Source: a virus
Length of the DNA stretch: 64,000 bases
Reading direction: 5' to 3' (one strand)
Virus record (IMG/VR): IMGVR_UViG_3300043399_000509
The position numbers and the translations under genes were made by a program. The notes under the pieces are model-generated. The model ran no database searches. It was not told the DNA's origin and was given only the letters and a program-made list of their open reading frames with translations. Shown here in pieces: positions 59,030 to 64,000 of the stretch; the stretch's first letter is position 1; each line of letters starts with the position of its first letter.

Positions 59030-59978
59030 CGAGGTCTCCTTGCATATCTGCAACCTCAATATTTAGTGTTTCTGTATTTTTGACCGAATCCAGCATAGCA
59101 TATACAGATTTCCATTCACCGTCTACCAAAAACTTATGATCACCAGAACATTTTACTTTTGATCCATCATCAAAAGTAAGTTCGAATACTTCTTTATCAT
59201 CAAAGGAAAAAGTTTCAGTGATCATCTTATCACCATATAGGGTAGATACAAAGTCTCCAACTTTTAGGTTTTGTATTTCTATTAGCCCGTCAGGAGTTTG
59301 TATTTTTGTTCCTTTGACCAAACAACCACCACCCATCTTCTTGGTTGGAACATAGGCACCTACCACATCATAGATGTGATTCGTGACAACCAGAGGCACC
59401 TTTGCCTTACCCAACTTTAATGTGAGAACACGGAAGGCTGCACGAATAAGCTGTGCCCGTGTCATATCACGCTTGTCTTCACCTTTTGTCATATCATCAA
59501 TCTCTTTGTCGGTTGATAGATTACCCAAAGAGTCAAGTACAAATAACATTGGTGGGGCATCCTTGGTTTTCATGTAAGTATCAAGGATTTTGATTGCCTG
59601 AGTTCTAAACTCTTGAACTGTGGCGACAGGAACAATAGCAATACGCTTTGTGTCCACACCACGATCTTCAAGCATCTTCTTTGAGATTGCAGACTCTGAT
59701 TCAAAATAGAAGACAAAGGACTTATCATTATCCTTTTGAAACTGCCTGACAATATTGATTGCAAAGAAGGTTTTACCAGTCGAAGGCTCACCAGCAAAAG
59801 CAGTCACTTTATTATTGGGCAGACCGTCATAGATTGAACCGGAAAGAAGGGCATTTAGGCTGTATGAGCCAGTGCCGATATATCCGGTAACATCACCAGC
59901 ATCAATGCCTTCATCAGCAATACCGGCGTACTCGTTGTCAATCTCTTTGAGAAGAGATGAAAAAATATCATCTGTCAT
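58965..59978 (-). CDS. uvsX: UvsX/RecA N-extein plus split intein N-fragment (from Cys at 59324)
   Basis: [20 protein letters not shown]|CLVKGTKI...CSGDHKF. Confidence 0.93.
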   Translation of the reverse strand: MTDDIFSSLLKEIDNEYAGIADEGIDAGDVTGYIGTGSYSLNALLSGSIYDGLPNNKVTAFAGEPSTGKTFFAINIVRQFQKDNDKSFVFYFESESAISKKMLEDRGVDTKRIAIVPVATVQEFRTQAIKILDTYMKTKDAPPMLFVLDSLGNLSTDKEIDDMTKGEDKRDMTRAQLIRAAFRVLTLKLGKAKVPLVVTNHIYDVVGAYVPTKKMGGGCLVKGTKIQTPDGLIEIQNLKVGDFVSTLYGDKMITETFSFDDKEVFELTFDDGSKVKCSGDHKFLVDGEWKSVYAMLDSVKNTETLNIEVADMQGDLDVYEKQIYKNLLLSYGQIEAA

Positions 59979-60034
59979 AAGGTTCTCCTTATTGTATGTG
60001 TTAAATGAATAGCAATCTCGCCATTCAGGTCTAT

Positions 60035-60379
60035 TTATAATCTTACGATATCTTCTTCACTACATGTATGGCCTTGTTGTAGTTCCAGGATTACCAAAGG
60101 TGTATCCTTGGATGTATTAGTGACCTTGTGTATATCTCGAACATGTATCTTATGCATATCACCAGCACAGATTTTATATCCAAGTTCATTTATCTTCAAA
60201 AGTCCTTCTCCTGAAATAACAATCCAGGCCTCGGATCGTAGATTATGATACTGAAGACTAATGCTGTTTTCTGGAAGGATGGATAACTTCTTTACTTTAT
60301 ATCCATCCCCTCTTTCCAGAACATACCATGATCCCCAGGGTCTTTTACAATAATCAACATCATCTAACTTTTTTGACAT
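60035..60379 (-). CDS. cupin, like the mannose-6-phosphate isomerase type II C-terminal domain
   Basis: RPWG, SLQYH..RSE.W, E.Q.G...EEDIVRL. Confidence 0.85.
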   Translation of the reverse strand: MSKKLDDVDYCKRPWGSWYVLERGDGYKVKKLSILPENSISLQYHNLRSEAWIVISGEGLLKINELGYKICAGDMHKIHVRDIHKVTNTSKDTPLVILELQQGHTCSEEDIVRL

Positions 60380-61236
60380 TAAAATTCACCACCATCATTA
60401 TGTGTTGTTTCTATTTTCTTTTTCCTTCTTGGTTCTTTGAAGGACTTGGGGGTTTTCATTTCCAAGAACTCCATTCTTTCATAGTCATCTTTACGAGATA
60501 TTGTAATATTGAAAGCAAGCAGCAACATAACTGCCAGTGGATCAAATACAAATATCACCAATAGTATCACAAATCTTACTGCTTTGTCAATGACTTCATT
60601 GGACGAATCCTCGTAGATAACCTCTGCGACATATTTGAGAGGACCTACTTCTGCTTCTAACTTTTTGACTTCAGCATCACCCTTGATCTTTTCAATACGC
60701 ATAGGCTTTAGTTCTTCAAGAAGTTTATTCTTTTGATCTACAAGCTCTTGGCGATTCTTCTTTTGTTCTTTAGAAGCAGAAAGAGCAGATGTTCCGCTTT
60801 TCTTTTCAATGATCTTATTGATTGAATCGTCAATGACCTTGATTTGCTTATCAATATCAGCAATCTCCTCTTGTTTGAACTTTATTTGCTCATCAAGAAT
60901 TGTTTGTCCGCTGGCTGCACCAGTCTCAATAGATACCTGATGTTCAATATGAGCACGAGACAGAAAACCAAAGATGCCCATTGATGTGATGCCCATAAGG
61001 ACGACTATCGCTAATAGAAAATATGACTTCACCCTCCATTTGATATATGACCAGTTATGATATAACCAGGATACTGCGACAAGTTTACCTATTTCAAGAA
61101 TTGATCCCATAATAACAACTGGCCAAAACGCACCAGCAAAGATTGCTGTAAGACCGATGATGCTGTAATAAGCAGCAACACCAGACAATGCCAACCCTGT
61201 TATTAGCACAAGGAAGGCTAAAATATTGTGTTTCAT
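60379..61236 (-). CDS. conserved membrane/coiled-coil protein
   Basis: AAYYSIIGL, ITSMGIFGFLS, EVGPLKY, VFDPLA. Confidence 0.75.
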   Translation of the reverse strand: MKHNILAFLVLITGLALSGVAAYYSIIGLTAIFAGAFWPVVIMGSILEIGKLVAVSWLYHNWSYIKWRVKSYFLLAIVVLMGITSMGIFGFLSRAHIEHQVSIETGAASGQTILDEQIKFKQEEIADIDKQIKVIDDSINKIIEKKSGTSALSASKEQKKNRQELVDQKNKLLEELKPMRIEKIKGDAEVKKLEAEVGPLKYVAEVIYEDSSNEVIDKAVRFVILLVIFVFDPLAVMLLLAFNITISRKDDYERMEFLEMKTPKSFKEPRRKKKIETTHNDGGEF

Positions 61237-61268
61237 GACACCCTTCTGTTGTATATGTTAGCTTTTAT

Positions 61269-62018
61269 TTATGTGAAAAAGTCGTCTAATGATTGTGTGT
61301 TATTTTGTTCTACTAATCGCAGCATTTTGTTTCTTTTTCTTGATTCAAAACATTTTTTTACAGTTTCTGGATTCTTCATTCCATTATTAGCAGATAATTT
61401 TGCTCTTGCTTCTGGATTATTTTCGAAATATTGTTTTACTGATTTTGATACTTTCGCTCTTGATTCTGGGTTTTTCGAAGGATGTTTATTTGGATTATCC
61501 TTATAATATTGTTTCATTGATTTCGATATATTTGCTCTTGCTTCTGGATTATCCTTATAATATTGTTTTATTGATTTTGATGTGTTTGCTCTTGCTTCTG
61601 GATTATCCTTATAATATTGTTTTACTGATTTTGATTTGTTTGCTCTTATTTCAGGTCTTTTCATAGGATTATTTTCACCAGTTATGAAGAAAGGATGAAC
61701 CATTTTTCCGGCAGTAGCATTTAGACAAGACCCTTTCCTATCTTTACCATACAATCCGTGTTTTTGCCAGCCTTCTTTTATAAGTTCAGGTTCTTCGTCT
61801 CTAAATGTCTCAAAGAACTCATCATACACACCATACTTCAATATCTCTTTTGTCTTCACATATGATTCATCTTTCCATAGGTCAGCATAGGTTGTTGGGC
61901 TTCCCATATAAGAATCTTCTTCCGGTAAACAATAGCAAGACCTAATACCAAAGTAATATAGTGGTCTTTGTCTCTTTTTCTTCAAAGTAATTTTGTAGAG
62001 ATACACATATTTTGACAT
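61269..62018 (-). mobile_element. GIY-YIG-like homing endonuclease with 18-aa repeats
   Basis: YVYLY...YYFG...YMGS; KS.KQYYKDNPEARAN repeats with 54-nt period; C-terminus SLDDFFT. Confidence 0.75.
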
Positions 62019-64000
62019 TACGAAAAGAAATCCTCCAGACTTGCTACTTTCTCAGTCTTCCAACCAATGCAATCAAGAATGATTTTTAGTGGTTCAAGAA
62101 AACTCTTTTCAAACTGTGTATTATAGTCGATATACTTCTTTATGTCAAGGTCTTCTGGTATTGCCTGCGGAAATGATATCACATTGCTTCTAATCGTGTT
62201 TGGCTCTTTTAGATAGATGAACTTGATCTTATCGGCATCCTTGATTAATGGATATTTCTTGGTTAGTTTCTTGGATTTGATGAGGTTATTATAAACAATA
62301 GACCCCCGAACATGAATAGGTGTACCCTTGGCATATGATCCAGTTTTATTGTCAGTATATGTATCAATACCGTTCACACCACGAGGAAACGCAATCTGGT
62401 CTTCTGGTAGATTAGTAAACTCTTTCCTAAAGGACTCAATGAACTCAATCATTTCATCTTCTGTCTTGGATAGCATAAAATCAACAGAAGCAAGCAACTT
62501 TTCACGACAGGCTGAAGGTGTGGAACTTTTGATCATTTCAAGTCCCATAATCTTTACCTTGGGCTTTGTATATTCCACACCTTCGTTGTTGTATACATTT
62601 AGAATGTATCGTTTCTTTGCCGTCCAAATTCCTTTGTCCGCCAAGGCTTCTCGCTTCATAATCATCTTCTGTGCTAACGCATTAGTATATTCAGCAAGCT
62701 CATTATAAGACTTGTCAATATACGGCTGAATCTTATTTTCACAGACCTTATCCAAGAATGCGATAGTTTGTTTTGTTCCAGAAGACGGATTTGATGTAAG
62801 TACAGTTTTGCACACCAAGTCATCAAGAGATAGGTAAATTGAGTCAGTATCTGAGGCAATTACATAGTCCTTGTTAGATGATCCTAACACTCTATTTAGA
62901 TAATCATTTAGTTTCTTTTCAATCCACCGAATAGCCAACTGACCAGATGTGGTAATGGCTGATGCCTGACGAACATCAAAGAACCTGAAATATTGATTTC
63001 CCAAAGCACCATAGGCTGAGTTTAGACAAACTTTCTTAGCCAACTGGAGATTGTTGAAACGAGCGATTCTCTTTTCAATCTCGATTCTCTTTTCTTTATC
63101 AGTTTCTTTTTCAAGTTCCTTCTTTGCTTCAATCGCTTTTTCTTTATACTTCGATCTGTCATTATACATAGTCTCCATAATATGGGCAAGAAATCCCTGA
63201 CCATCCACCTTGAACAACTGTCCATTTGGTGTGAGAGTAACACCAAGTTCTTTCAGGGCTCTTGTATCAACTTCTTTGTTGAGCATAGAATCAATGCTAA
63301 TATTCTGCGAAATGATTTTACGCATTTCATTTGTGTAGTTTTCAGGCTCAATAAACTTGTCTGGACTAATATTGAACTGCATAATCAAATGTGGATAAAG
63401 CGAGTTCAAGTCAAAGCTTGCCACCCAATTATGTAATCCAACCATAGGGTCTTTGACATATGCACCAACATATGCTTCATCCTTATCGTGTGATGTGATA
63501 GGAGGTAGAACCTTATGGTCTTTTCTTAGTTCATTGAAAATGATATTATCCCACATACGAACCTGGGCGAACACATCATCATAGTTTGATTTGCTGTCAT
63601 ATGCCAGAGTAAGAGCAAGGTCGATAAGCTTTAGTTTGTCGTCCAGCTTATCAACAAGCTCAACGTCACGAATATTATACTCAATAAACTTTTGAAAATC
63701 TTCTTTGTATAGATTGTGCAGGTTACCGTATTCAGCATAGGATAACTTACGCTCACCAAGTTCTTCGTGGCAGATATGGTCTAACTTATATGACTCTTGT
63801 GGTTTGAGAACAAATTTCTTATAGAGTTCAATATAATCCAGTGTACCAATACCCAGGAGAGAGTACGCAATCTGTTCCTTGCCCATAATATATGTGGTAC
63901 GGTTTGTAACCTTATGCCAGGGAGAAAGTCTGTTCGCCTGTGTTTCACCAAGTATCTTTGTGATACGATTGATAAGATATGGAATATCGAAGAACTTGAT
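62018..64000 (-). CDS. 43: family B DNA polymerase (T4 gp43), 5' part outside window
   Basis: FDIPY, SFDLNSLYP, KVCLNSAYG, SDTDS, KKRY; clamp-binding SLEDFF; frame open to the window edge. Confidence 0.97.
   Translation of the reverse strand: MKFFDIPYLINRITKILGETQANRLSPWHKVTNRTTYIMGKEQIAYSLLGIGTLDYIELYKKFVLKPQESYKLDHICHEELGERKLSYAEYGNLHNLYKEDFQKFIEYNIRDVELVDKLDDKLKLIDLALTLAYDSKSNYDDVFAQVRMWDNIIFNELRKDHKVLPPITSHDKDEAYVGAYVKDPMVGLHNWVASFDLNSLYPHLIMQFNISPDKFIEPENYTNEMRKIISQNISIDSMLNKEVDTRALKELGVTLTPNGQLFKVDGQGFLAHIMETMYNDRSKYKEKAIEAKKELEKETDKEKRIEIEKRIARFNNLQLAKKVCLNSAYGALGNQYFRFFDVRQASAITTSGQLAIRWIEKKLNDYLNRVLGSSNKDYVIASDTDSIYLSLDDLVCKTVLTSNPSSGTKQTIAFLDKVCENKIQPYIDKSYNELAEYTNALAQKMIMKREALADKGIWTAKKRYILNVYNNEGVEYTKPKVKIMGLEMIKSSTPSACREKLLASVDFMLSKTEDEMIEFIESFRKEFTNLPEDQIAFPRGVNGIDTYTDNKTGSYAKGTPIHVRGSIVYNNLIKSKKLTKKYPLIKDADKIKFIYLKEPNTIRSNVISFPQAIPEDLDIKKYIDYNTQFEKSFLEPLKIILDCIGWKTEKVASLEDFFS

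Overview
This 64 kb window is part of a large T4-like (Tevenvirinae-related) phage genome, with genes almost all on the minus strand. It carries core genes for DNA polymerase (gp43, cut off at the window edge), UvsX, gp41 helicase, gp61 primase, ThyX, class II ribonucleotide reductase, RNase H, Rnl1 RNA ligase and PhoH. It also has nine tRNA genes, many sigma70-type early promoters, T4 late promoters (TATAAATA), several homing endonucleases and a set of probable internal head proteins. An alphaproteobacterial host is inferred from a circularly permuted two-piece tmRNA (tag ANDNAPFETRLAA) and a phage-encoded PqqA precursor peptide. The strongest candidate for an undescribed system lies at 15.7-22.4 kb: about 21 small, mosaic, translationally coupled genes (24 in the whole window) made of Q-V-x-D/N tetrapeptide repeats. 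They are joined by a conserved ATGAATAG or ATGA stop/start overlap and arranged around a DUF6745-like core protein that lacks such repeats itself, plus a small partner gene with a paralogous promoter and leader. Other notable items are a uvsX gene fractured by a split intein and free-standing endonuclease, a tRNA with an 8-nt anticodon loop, two unclassified structured RNAs, and a tRNA gene truncated next to an HNH gene. All family assignments come from motif recognition by eye; no database searches were run.
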